DNA of 20,000 nucleotides from Sphingomonadaceae bacterium (GTDB lineage Bacteria > Chloroflexota > UBA6077). Within the stretch, counting starts at the first letter, position 1. The number at the start of each line of letters is the position of its first letter. Below the pieces are notes generated by a model that saw only the letters and a list, made by a program, of their open reading frames with translations, did no database searches and was not told where the DNA came from. A program made the position numbers and the translations under genes. Location: the NCBI GenBank assembly GCA_050261575.1, contig JBLNDL010000092.1, positions 51,265 to 71,264 on the forward strand, in the 5' to 3' direction. Below are positions 1 through 7,353 of this stretch, in pieces.

Positions 1-2
1 GG

Positions 3-476
3 AAGGTGCTTTCGATGCCGTCGGAGATGTACGACGACCTGTGGACGGCAGCCAAGGCGATGTACAAGGTGGAGCCGGCCGTGGCCGACGGCGGGGAGGT
101 GATAATCTACGCCCCCCACATCACCGAGGTCTCCTACACCCATGGCCGTCTGCTCGACGAGGTGGGCTACCACGTACTCGAGTACTTCACCAAGCAGCCC
201 GAGCGCTTCAGGGAGGTACCCGGCGGGGTCAAGGCGCACAGCACCCACGTGAAGGGCGCGGGCAGCTACGACCCCGCGACCGGCATCGAGACGCCTCGGG
301 TGTCAGTGACGCTGGCCACTGGGATCCCCGAGGCGCGCTGCAGGCGGATCAACCTGGGCTACCTGGACTACCGGACCATCGACCCGAAGGCTTGGGCGGG
401 CAGGGAGAAGGAGGGGATCCTCCTGCTCCTCCACGCGGGCGAGATGCTCTTCCGCGCCCGGGACCTGCAGTTCTAG
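3..476 (+). CDS. LarA / lactate racemase-domain (DUF2088-like) protein, C-terminal part; 5' end lies outside the window
   Basis: Frame open from the window edge. The motifs 'YDDLWTAAKAMYKVEPAVADGGEVIIYAPHITEVS.THG' and 'STHVKG.G...PRVSVTLATGIPE..C..INLGYLD' resemble LarA-family homologues (recognised from memory, no search run). Confidence 0.75.
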   Translation, partial: KVLSMPSEMYDDLWTAAKAMYKVEPAVADGGEVIIYAPHITEVSYTHGRLLDEVGYHVLEYFTKQPERFREVPGGVKAHSTHVKGAGSYDPATGIETPRVSVTLATGIPEARCRRINLGYLDYRTIDPKAWAGREKEGILLLLHAGEMLFRARDLQF

Positions 477-567
477 GCGGGCGGGTGACCTTCGTCGCCC
501 TCGGCATCCACGACGAGGCGTACCACCGCGCGCGGAACCGGCGCCCCCAGCCTCCGCCTCGGTGCGC

Positions 568-573
568 TATACT
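568..573 (+). promoter_or_regulatory. Candidate -10 element (TATACT) upstream of folP
   Basis: AT-rich hexamer in a GC-rich background about 145 nt upstream of the folP ATG; no recognisable -35. Confidence 0.35.
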
Positions 574-716
574 ATGAGCTCAACGCCGCGCCATGAGCGG
601 TTGACCACGACCCGGTGAGCAACGCATCCGCCAAGTCCGCGACGGCGGAGGACAAGCCTCCGCCCCCGTGGCGGAAGAACCGCTAGGCGGACTCTCAGAT
701 CCCCGAGGAGGACCGA

Positions 717-2066
717 ATGGAGCGACCCACAGCCAGGGTGCTTTGCCTGCCGACGGCGGCCGACGTGAAGGAGGAGGCCGAGCGGATGGGCGTGCCGCCC
801 TCCGCGTTGGAACCGTTCGCCGGCCCCCTGGCGACGCCCATGGTAAAGCTGAAGTGGGTGCCGCCCACGATAGCCCTGGCCCTGCAGCGCATGATATCCC
901 ATCCGGCCGGCCTCGCCCTGATCGCCCCGGTCGACGACAGGGAGGCGCGGGAACACGGGGACGCGAAGAGAGGTCGTGAGTGCCGCTTCCCGAATCCTGA
1001 CGGCGGGCCAGCCACTCAGGACCCAGGACTCGGCACCAGCGAGACGCCTCAGTCCTCGGGCCTCAGTCCTCAGTCCTCGACCGTCCTTGTCGCAGGCCCG
1101 AAGCCGCTCCTGCTGGATGTGGCCTCGCGGCTCGAGGCGGGCGGAGGCGGGGTCGAACGGGCCGTCGCCGCCGAACTGCGCACCGCCCTGGAGCGGTACG
1201 AAGGCCGGCAGCTTGGCACCACGAAGTGCGGCAACCTCACCTTAGAGTGGGGCAAGCGGACCTACGTGATGGGGATCATCAACGTGACGCCCGACTCCTT
1301 CTCGGGCGACGGCCTCGGCAAGAACGTGGACGCTGCCCTGGCCCTGGCAGAGCGGTTCGTCCAGGCCGGGGTGGACATCCTGGACGTCGGTGGTGAGTCC
1401 ACCCGCCCGGGCGCTGCGGAGGTCTCGGTCCAGGAGGAGAGGGAGAGGGTGGTGCCGGTGGTACGCCGGCTGGTGAAGGAGTTCCCGGTGCCCGTATCGG
1501 TGGACTCCTACCGGCTGCTCGTAGTGCAGGAGGCGCTGGATGCGGGAGCCCACATGGTCAACGACGTGTGGGGGCTGCGACGCACCGAGGGGCTGGGCAG
1601 CCTGGCCGCCGCCTACGACGTCCCCATCGTCCTGATGCACAACCGGCAAGCCGTGGCCTCGAAGACCGAGCTGGGGGGACACTTCCGGCAGGTGGAGTAC
1701 CTCGACCTAATGGGGGGGATCGTCCAGGGGCTGCGGGAGAGCGTCGAGATCGCCCTCGCCGGCAACGTGCGGTGGGAGAACATCATCGTGGACCCCGGCA
1801 TCGGTTTCGGCAAGACCCCGCAGCAGAACCTGGTGGTGATGCGGCGTCTGCAGGAGGTGAGGTCGCTCGGTAGGCCGATCCTGATGGGCACCTCCCGCAA
1901 GTCGGTCATCGGCCTCACCCTCGGGCTTCCCCCGGAGGAGCGGGTCGAGGGAACGGGGGCCACGGTGGCCGTGAGCATCTGCAACGGTGCCGACATCGTC
2001 CGGGTCCACGACGTCAAGGAGATGGTGCGGGTCAGCCGGATGACCGACGCCATCGTCCGAACCTAA
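717..2066 (+). CDS. folP: Dihydropteroate synthase with N-terminal extension
   Basis: SD GAGGAGG at 705-711. DHPS motifs 'MGIINVTPDSFSGDG', 'DILDVGGESTRPG', 'SVDSY', 'VNDVWG', 'DPGIGFGK', 'GTSRKS', 'IVRVHDV'. Confidence 0.96.
   Translation: MERPTARVLCLPTAADVKEEAERMGVPPSALEPFAGPLATPMVKLKWVPPTIALALQRMISHPAGLALIAPVDDREAREHGDAKRGRECRFPNPDGGPATQDPGLGTSETPQSSGLSPQSSTVLVAGPKPLLLDVASRLEAGGGGVERAVAAELRTALERYEGRQLGTTKCGNLTLEWGKRTYVMGIINVTPDSFSGDGLGKNVDAALALAERFVQAGVDILDVGGESTRPGAAEVSVQEERERVVPVVRRLVKEFPVPVSVDSYRLLVVQEALDAGAHMVNDVWGLRRTEGLGSLAAAYDVPIVLMHNRQAVASKTELGGHFRQVEYLDLMGGIVQGLRESVEIALAGNVRWENIIVDPGIGFGKTPQQNLVVMRRLQEVRSLGRPILMGTSRKSVIGLTLGLPPEERVEGTGATVAVSICNGADIVRVHDVKEMVRVSRMTDAIVRT
939..1079. 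repeat. Composite short-repeat element inside the folP reading frame (GGGACGCG-like octamers, ACTCAGG/ACCCAGG heptamers, CTCAGTC heptamers)
   Basis: 953-970 matches intergenic 7163-7180 at 16/18. 1021-1037 matches intergenic 7213-7229 at 16/17. Imperfect inverted arms at 980-1000 and 1016-1036. Tandem CTCAGTC units at about 1048-1078. Confidence 0.7.
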
Positions 2067-2068
2067 CG

Positions 2069-2146
2069 AAGTCCTGAGTCCTGGGTCCCGAGTCATGAGT
2101 GGTGACTGCGCAGGACTCAGCACTCGGGACCCAGGCCCCAGGACTT
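2069..2146. repeat. Inverted repeat built from heptamer tandem units (AGTCCTG... / ...CAGGACT) between folP and folC
   Basis: Arm 2070-2100 (agtcctgagtcctgggtcccgagtcatgagt) is the reverse complement of arm 2115-2145 at 27/31 positions, with a 14-nt loop. Confidence 0.85.
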
Positions 2147-2152
2147 ACAGCC

Positions 2153-3532
2153 ATGGACTACAACGAGGCGCTGCGCTACCTCTACAGCTTCACGGACTAC
2201 GAGAAGAAGACCAGCTACGCCTACTCCGACGAGGGCTTCGACCTGCGGCGGCCCACGGAACTGCTGGCGCTGCTGGGGAACCCCCATACCCGATTCCCCT
2301 CCGTGCTGGTGGCCGGTACCAAGGGGAAGGGCTCCACCAGCGCCATGATCGCCTCCATCCTCCAGGCGACAGGTGCGCGGGTCGGACTGTACAGCCAGCC
2401 CCATCTCCACAGCTTCCGAGAGCGGATCCGGATGAACGGTCGGCCGATAGGCCGCTGGGAGCTGGCCGAGGCCATGGAGGCGGTGGTACCGGCAGTGGAG
2501 AAGCTGCGGCGGACCCGACCGGAGCTGGGCTCTCCCACCACCTACGAGATCGCCACCGTGGTAGCCATGCACCACTTCGCCCGACTGGAACCGGACTTGG
2601 TGGTGCTGGAGGTGGGGCTGGGTGGGCGGCTGGACACCACGAACGTCGCGAATCCGCTGATGTCGGTGATCACGCCGGTCAGCCTGGACCACGTCCAGAT
2701 CCTTGGCAACACCATCGCCCAGATCGCCGCCGAGAAGGCCGGGATCATCAAGGAGCGGGGAGTGGTGGTAGCAGCCGACCAGACCGAGGAGGCGATGGGC
2801 GTGATCCGGAGGGTGGCGTCGGAGCGGGGAGCCCGGCTGGTGGTGGCCAGGCCCGAGATGGTCGAGGTCCCGGCGAAGGCGCCCGTGGAGCCGATTGGCG
2901 AAGGGGAGGCCGCACGACCCCGCAGGGAGCACACCAGGGTCGCACTGAGGGGCCCATCGGGAGCGATCTACCGCTTCGATCTGCCCCTGCTGGGCGCCCA
3001 CCAGGTGGCCAACGCGGCCACGGCCATCGCCGTCGTCGAGGAGCTGTCGCGCAACGGCTTCTCCATCGGCCGCGAGGCGGTGGAGCGAGGCCTCGGCCAG
3101 GTTCGGTGGCCGGGTCGGCTGGAGGTCGTCCGTCGGGATCCGCTGGTGGTGGTGGACGGCGCCCACAACGGCGACTCCGCCACGAAGCTGGCCGCCGCAC
3201 TTCGAGAGAACTTCATCTACCGGCGGCTGATCCTGGTGCTGGGTACCTCCGCCGACAAGGACGTGGAGGCGATCGCCAGCGCCCTGGCTCCGGAGGCCGC
3301 GGTGGTGGTCGCCACCCGCTCCCGCCACCCCCGGGCTGCCAACCCAGATCGGATCGCCGCGGCCCTGTCTGGCGACCTCTGCCCCCAGGTGGAGGTGGCC
3401 CGCGACTTCACCTCGGCCATCGGTCTGGCCACTGCTCTGGCCGCCCCCGGCGATCTGATCTGCGTCACGGGCTCCCTCTTCATCGTCGCCGACGCCCGCG
3501 ATCACTACGGCCTGGCCGAGGAGCGGGACTGA
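2153..3532 (+). CDS. folC: Bifunctional folylpolyglutamate synthase / dihydrofolate synthase
   Basis: 'VAGTKGKGSTSAM' P-loop, 'YSQPHL.SFRERIR', 'EVGLGGRLDTTNV', 'SLDH..ILG.T...IA.EKAGIIK', 'WPGRLE', 'DGAHN', 'TGSLF'. ATG 2153 (MDYNEAL) is preferred because the upstream in-frame extension is repeat DNA. Confidence 0.96.
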   Translation: MDYNEALRYLYSFTDYEKKTSYAYSDEGFDLRRPTELLALLGNPHTRFPSVLVAGTKGKGSTSAMIASILQATGARVGLYSQPHLHSFRERIRMNGRPIGRWELAEAMEAVVPAVEKLRRTRPELGSPTTYEIATVVAMHHFARLEPDLVVLEVGLGGRLDTTNVANPLMSVITPVSLDHVQILGNTIAQIAAEKAGIIKERGVVVAADQTEEAMGVIRRVASERGARLVVARPEMVEVPAKAPVEPIGEGEAARPRREHTRVALRGPSGAIYRFDLPLLGAHQVANAATAIAVVEELSRNGFSIGREAVERGLGQVRWPGRLEVVRRDPLVVVDGAHNGDSATKLAAALRENFIYRRLILVLGTSADKDVEAIASALAPEAAVVVATRSRHPRAANPDRIAAALSGDLCPQVEVARDFTSAIGLATALAAPGDLICVTGSLFIVADARDHYGLAEERD

Positions 3533-3538
3533 GAGGCA

Positions 3539-4696
3539 TCAGCAGCCGAGCGCCTTCGCCATCCGCCTGCCCGCCTCGATCAGGTTCTCCCGCGAGGTGG
3601 CGTAGGAGACCCGGATGAAGCCTTCGCCGTTGGCGCCGAAGGTGCTGCCAGGCACGCAGCCCACCTGCACCGTCTTCAGCAGGAACTCGCACAGCTCCAT
3701 CGAGGTCATGCCCGTGCCACGAATATCCGGGAAGGCGTAGAAGGCCCCCTCCGGCTTCAGGCAGCGGAAGCCCGGAACCCGGTTCAACAGCTCCACTATC
3801 AGGTCGCGCCGCCCCTGGTACTCTGCCACCATCTCGTCGATGAAGTCCTGCTCGCCCTCCAGCGCCGCCACGGCGCCGCTCTGCAACATCGTGGGGGCCG
3901 CAGCGGCCAGGATCTGGTGGAGCTTCATCATCCCCTGGATCAGCGCGGGGTGCGCGACGGCGTAGCCGAGCCGCCAGCCGGTCATGGCGTACACCTTTGA
4001 GAAGGAGTTGACGGTGATCGTCCGCTCCCTCATTCCGGGAAGCGAAGCGAAGCTGATGGCCTCCCGGTTGTCGTAGACGATGGTGTCGTACACCTCGTCT
4101 GAGAGCACCAGCAGGTCGTGCCTCTCCGCCAGCGCCGCCAGCCCCTCCAGCACCTCACCAGTAAGCAACTGCCCCGTGGGGTTGCCGGGGGAGTTGATCA
4201 CCAGCAGCTTCGTCCTGGGGGTGATCAGCGACTCCACCTCAGACAGATCCGGGTAGAAGCCGTTCTCGATCCGCAAGGGGTAGGGTACCGGCCTGGCGTC
4301 GCAGGCGAGGGACTGGGAGTGGTAGACCATGAAGCCGGGGTCGGGGATCAGCACCTCATCTCCGGAGTTGAGCGCCGTCTGCATCGCCAGGTAGAGGGCC
4401 TCCACGCCGCCGATGGTGACGATCACCTCCGCCGACGGGTCGACCCGCGAGCCCCTCTTCCGAGACTCCCTCTCGGCGATCGCGGCCCTCAGGTCCTCCT
4501 CCCCCAGGTTCTGGGAGTAGTGGGTCTCGCCCCGGTCCAGCGCGGCCTTGGCGGCGGCCCGAATGTGCACGGGGGTATCGAAGTCCGGCTCCCCGATGGC
4601 CAGGCTGACGGTGCCGGGCTGCCTTGCCAGATCGAAGATCCTCCGGATGCCGGAGGGCGGAAAAGCCTTCACGCGGTTGGACAGGCGAGACTCCAT
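3539..4696 (-). CDS. PLP-dependent class I/II aminotransferase (aspartate/aromatic aminotransferase-like)
   Basis: 'SLAIGEPDF', 'INSPGNPTG', 'SDEVY', 'SFSKVYAMTGWRLGY' (PLP lysine), 'GAFY', 'GFIRVSYA'. SD AGGAGG (4703-4708, minus strand) precedes ATG 4696. Confidence 0.93.
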   Translation of the reverse strand: MESRLSNRVKAFPPSGIRRIFDLARQPGTVSLAIGEPDFDTPVHIRAAAKAALDRGETHYSQNLGEEDLRAAIAERESRKRGSRVDPSAEVIVTIGGVEALYLAMQTALNSGDEVLIPDPGFMVYHSQSLACDARPVPYPLRIENGFYPDLSEVESLITPRTKLLVINSPGNPTGQLLTGEVLEGLAALAERHDLLVLSDEVYDTIVYDNREAISFASLPGMRERTITVNSFSKVYAMTGWRLGYAVAHPALIQGMMKLHQILAAAAPTMLQSGAVAALEGEQDFIDEMVAEYQGRRDLIVELLNRVPGFRCLKPEGAFYAFPDIRGTGMTSMELCEFLLKTVQVGCVPGSTFGANGEGFIRVSYATSRENLIEAGRRMAKALGC

Positions 4697-4812
4697 GATC
4701 GACCTCCTGGTGCTGATGAGTGCTAACGGTGGTGCACGGGGCGGTGCAAAGGGGCGCCACAGCCTGGACCCCGAAGGGGCCGGCGGACCGCCAGCCCCGC
4801 CGGCCATGGGGA

Positions 4813-4818
4813 ATCATA
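4813..4818 (-). promoter_or_regulatory. Candidate -10 element (TATGAT) for the aminotransferase gene
   Basis: Minus-strand GGTTATGAT just after the DGC stop and about 120 nt upstream of the ATG; no clear -35. Confidence 0.3.
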
Positions 4819-4829
4819 ACCGAAAGGGG

Positions 4830-5912
4830 CTACCGCAGTCCCTCTGCGCGCTGCGCCTCTGGGGTTTCGCCGATCCACGCGGCATCCCAGATCACGATCC
4901 TCCGGCCTGGGCCGCGCTTCGCACGATAGAGCGCCTCGTCGGCCCGGGCGATCAACTCTTCTCGGTTTCCGGCCAGATCGGGATAGGAGGAGATCCCCAT
5001 GCAGAGGGAGAGGCGACCAGTCTCCGCACCCATCCGGAACTCCAGACCCTGGGCACGCAGGGCGCGGTCGATCCTGGCAGCCACCACCAGGGCCTGAGGG
5101 GCAACGGTCTCCGGCAGGATCACGGCGAACTCGTCGCCGCCGTATCGGGCTACCACGTCGATCCTGCGGACCTCACGCTGGATCGTTGCCGATATCGTCC
5201 TGAGAGCCTCATCACCTCCCTGGTGGCCGAAGAGATCGTTGTACCGCTTGAAGTGGTTGAGGTCCATCATGATCAGGGAGAGAGGCCGCTGGTAGCGAGC
5301 TGCCCGCTCGATCTCCAACCCCAGCCGGTCCTGGAAGTAGCGGTGGTTGTAGACGCCCGTGAGGCCATCGGTGATGGCCAGCTCCCTCAGCCGCCGAAGG
5401 ACGGCGCTGTTGCTCAGCCACAGCGCCAGGTGGCGGGATACCACCCGCAATCTATCCACCTCCTCCGGGCAGAAGGGGTCGCTGCCAGGGGTCCGGACCA
5501 CCTCCGCCACGCCGAAGCGAGTGCCCTCGACGTCCACTGGAACGCAGGCAACGGGATAGAGGTCGGAGCCGCCGAGGTCCGGATGGGGACCCAGCCACCT
5601 GGGGCGTGGAGCGAGGAGCGCGACGGGCCCCACGCCCTCGGAGGCCTTCCACTCGATGCTATCGGAGAACAGTTCGCGGATGGGAGGGGAGCAGTGGGGC
5701 TCCGGTCCAGAGAAGCTGACCAGCACCAGCCTCTGCCGGTCCCGATCGAGCAGAAAGAGGGCGCACCAACACCCCCTCATGAGTGAGGCGGCCATTTCGA
5801 GGCTGGAAACCAGCAGTTGGTCCCATTCCGGAACGATCCCCAGCGTCCATTCGGCCAGCACCGGGGATTCGTCGCTCGCGACCACACCTGCTGCCGGATG
5901 CGGCTCTTCCAT
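4830..5912 (-). CDS. Sensor (GAF-like) domain diguanylate cyclase
   Basis: 'AITDGLTGVYNHRYF', 'SLIMMDLNHFKRYNDLFGHQGGD', I-site RxxD ('RRID'), active site 'ARYGGDEF', 'ADEALYRAK'. The N-terminal half has a GAF-like pattern ('ALFLLD...LVL', 'ACVPV....FGVAEV....PF..EE'). Start is ATG 5912 or TTG 5921. Confidence 0.9.
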   Translation of the reverse strand: MEEPHPAAGVVASDESPVLAEWTLGIVPEWDQLLVSSLEMAASLMRGCWCALFLLDRDRQRLVLVSFSGPEPHCSPPIRELFSDSIEWKASEGVGPVALLAPRPRWLGPHPDLGGSDLYPVACVPVDVEGTRFGVAEVVRTPGSDPFCPEEVDRLRVVSRHLALWLSNSAVLRRLRELAITDGLTGVYNHRYFQDRLGLEIERAARYQRPLSLIMMDLNHFKRYNDLFGHQGGDEALRTISATIQREVRRIDVVARYGGDEFAVILPETVAPQALVVAARIDRALRAQGLEFRMGAETGRLSLCMGISSYPDLAGNREELIARADEALYRAKRGPGRRIVIWDAAWIGETPEAQRAEGLR

Positions 5913-5924
5913 GGGGAGCAACTC

Positions 5925-6270
5925 TCATGGAGACGCAGGCATCGGAGACAAGCCCTCCGAGGTTCCGAGCCTGCCTTCCCCCTCCAGGGTTTCCAGCATC
6001 GCGTCCGCCACCATGGGATCGAACTGTCGGCCCCGGTTCCGCCTCAGCTCCTGCATGGCGTCTTGTACGTTCAGAGCCTTGCAGTAGGTTCTGTCGGACA
6101 GCATGGCGCCGACGGAGCCGGCCACGACCATGATCCTGGCCCCTGGAGGGATCTCATCACCCTTCAGTCCCAGTCCGTTAATAAAGCCGTGACCATCGTA
6201 CTGCTCGTGGTGGCTAAAGATCAAGTCCCTACCATTACGGTGATCGGGGAAGCCACCGGCCAGATCCGCC
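5925..6270 (-). pseudogene. C-terminal fragment of an HD-GYP domain (degenerate c-di-GMP phosphodiesterase remnant)
   Basis: 'IFSHHEQYDGHGFINGLGLKGDEIPPGARIMVVAGSVGAMLSDRTYCKALNVQDAMQELRRNRGRQFDPMVADA' matches the HD-GYP C-terminal half (HHExxDGxGYPxGLxGxxIPxxARIxxVADxxDAM). The HD-bearing N-terminal half is missing, GYP and both Asp residues are altered, and there is no good start codon. Confidence 0.7.
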
Positions 6271-6375
6271 CGCGACGAAGAGCGCCACCGTGAGGGGCGC
6301 GGTGAAGACCAGCATCGAAAGCGCGATACTACCAGCGGATGGCCGGCAAACGTGGTCTTCGGCCGTCGCTCTCGA

Positions 6376-7137
6376 TCAGAACAGGAGGGAGGAATCCAGG
6401 AAGAAGGCTGTGAAGGCTCCCAGGCACATGGCCGTGCCGTAGGGCATGAAATCGCGCAAAGAGCTTCGGCGCGCCGCCACCATCGCCAGCCCTCCCACGG
6501 CCCCAAAGAGGCTACCCAGCAGCAGCCACCAGGCCACGGCGGGGAACCCGGCCATCGCGCCCAGCAGCATGGCCAGCTTGACGTCCCCCAGCCCGAGCAC
6601 CTCCTGCCGGAAGATGAGCCGTCCAATCGCGTACAGGGAGCCAAACAGTAGCCCGGCTGCCACCACCCCCGCCAGAGTCATCACCAGGCCAACGGGCGTG
6701 AGGGTGGAGGTGAGGAGCACCGACAGGGCGATGCCCGGATAGGTGATCCGGTTCAGGATCAGCCTGTGCCGCCAGTCTATGAGGAACACGACGATAAGGA
6801 AACAGGAGTAGAGGCTGTAGAGGAGCAGCCTGGGACTCACCCCGAAGCGGAGGAACAGCAGCCAGAAGGCAGCCCCAGTGGCCAGCTCCGTGAGCGCGGC
6901 CGTGGTTTCGGGCGCGGCCCCGCACCCATGACAGCGCCCGCGCGCGCCGAGCAGCAGCGACAGCAGCGCCGACTGGGTGTGGAGCGGACGCCCGACGTGG
7001 CAGCGCGGGCACTCCAGCGGCGCCGTCAGCGCCTCCAGCCGGGGCAGTCGATAGGCGGCGAGATTCAGGATGGGGCCGGCCACCAGGCCCACCGTCGCCC
7101 AGAGCAGAGCCAATGGAACCCCCAGTGCGACAGTCAC
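6376..7137 (-). CDS. pilD: Type IV prepilin peptidase (A24; PilD/ComC-like)
   Basis: N-terminal 'LNLAAYRLP', two CxxC pairs (CPRC, CHGC), 'LIDWRHRLI.N' and 'LGLGDVKL' catalytic aspartates, 'MPYGTAM'; highly hydrophobic. GTG 7137 with upstream GGGGTG is the likely start. Confidence 0.9.
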   Translation of the reverse strand: MTVALGVPLALLWATVGLVAGPILNLAAYRLPRLEALTAPLECPRCHVGRPLHTQSALLSLLLGARGRCHGCGAAPETTAALTELATGAAFWLLFLRFGVSPRLLLYSLYSCFLIVVFLIDWRHRLILNRITYPGIALSVLLTSTLTPVGLVMTLAGVVAAGLLFGSLYAIGRLIFRQEVLGLGDVKLAMLLGAMAGFPAVAWWLLLGSLFGAVGGLAMVAARRSSLRDFMPYGTAMCLGAFTAFFLDSSLLF

Positions 7138-7149
7138 GAAGAACACCCC

Positions 7150-7247
7150 AGGGCACGAGAAGACGCGGGGACGCGGAGAGGGGTCCCGCGTCCTGGATAC
7201 GGAACCAATCACACCCAGGACTCAGCACCCTGCTCCCAGTCCTCAGG
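7150..7247. repeat. Intergenic composite repeat (GGGACGCG octamers plus a heptamer inverted repeat), same family as the folP insert
   Basis: agacgcggggacgcggagag, then gggtcccgcgtcctgg ... ccaggactcagcaccc (13/16 inverted match), then cccagtcctcagg. Confidence 0.7.
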
Positions 7248-7294
7248 GCCGCCAAATGATATCGGCCGCGGGCATCAAAGTAAATGCCCGGCTA

Positions 7295-7324
7295 TTGCCA
7301 GAAGGTCCGGCCATGTTGTACAAA
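7295..7324 (+). promoter_or_regulatory. Candidate sigma70-type promoter for the mre11 operon (TTGCCA-18 nt-TACAAA)
   Basis: The hexamers and spacing are seen in the sequence. An inverted repeat cgggcat-N8-atgcccg (7269-7290) lies immediately upstream. Confidence 0.3.
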
Positions 7325-7353
7325 GGAAGCTGCACTCAAACCGCTGGAGCCCC

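Noticed and set aside
580..716. Possible riboswitch (THF/ZTP) in the folP leader; hairpin ggcggagg-acaag-cctccgcc
   Set aside because: The hairpin is real, but I could not match conserved riboswitch motifs by eye and there is no U-tract terminator. An Rfam/Infernal scan would decide.
2095..3618. Long alternative-frame and antisense ORFs (e.g. 2095-3618, 4548-5786, 7336-8865, 10149-11885, 15400-17286)
   Set aside because: These are shadow ORFs typical of high-GC DNA. They are Arg/Gly/Pro/Ala-rich or antisense to well-supported genes and have no motifs.
4718..4726. GAGTGCTAA, a perfect CIRCE (HrcA) half-site upstream of the aminotransferase
   Set aside because: The partner half-site TTAGCACTC is absent at the 9-nt spacing; that position holds the SD complement.
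4745..4759. Sigma54-like TGGCGC...TTGCA on the minus strand
   Set aside because: The GG-to-GC spacing is 9 nt rather than the strictly required 10.
6766..7353. 196-aa N-terminal extension of Mre11 in the ORF track
   Set aside because: It overlaps pilD antisense and repeat DNA. The phosphoesterase motif I begins right after ATG 7354, which has an SD.
7250..7353. LexA/SOS box upstream of the repair operon
   Set aside because: No GAAC-N4-GTTC or CTGT-N8-ACAG match was found by eye.
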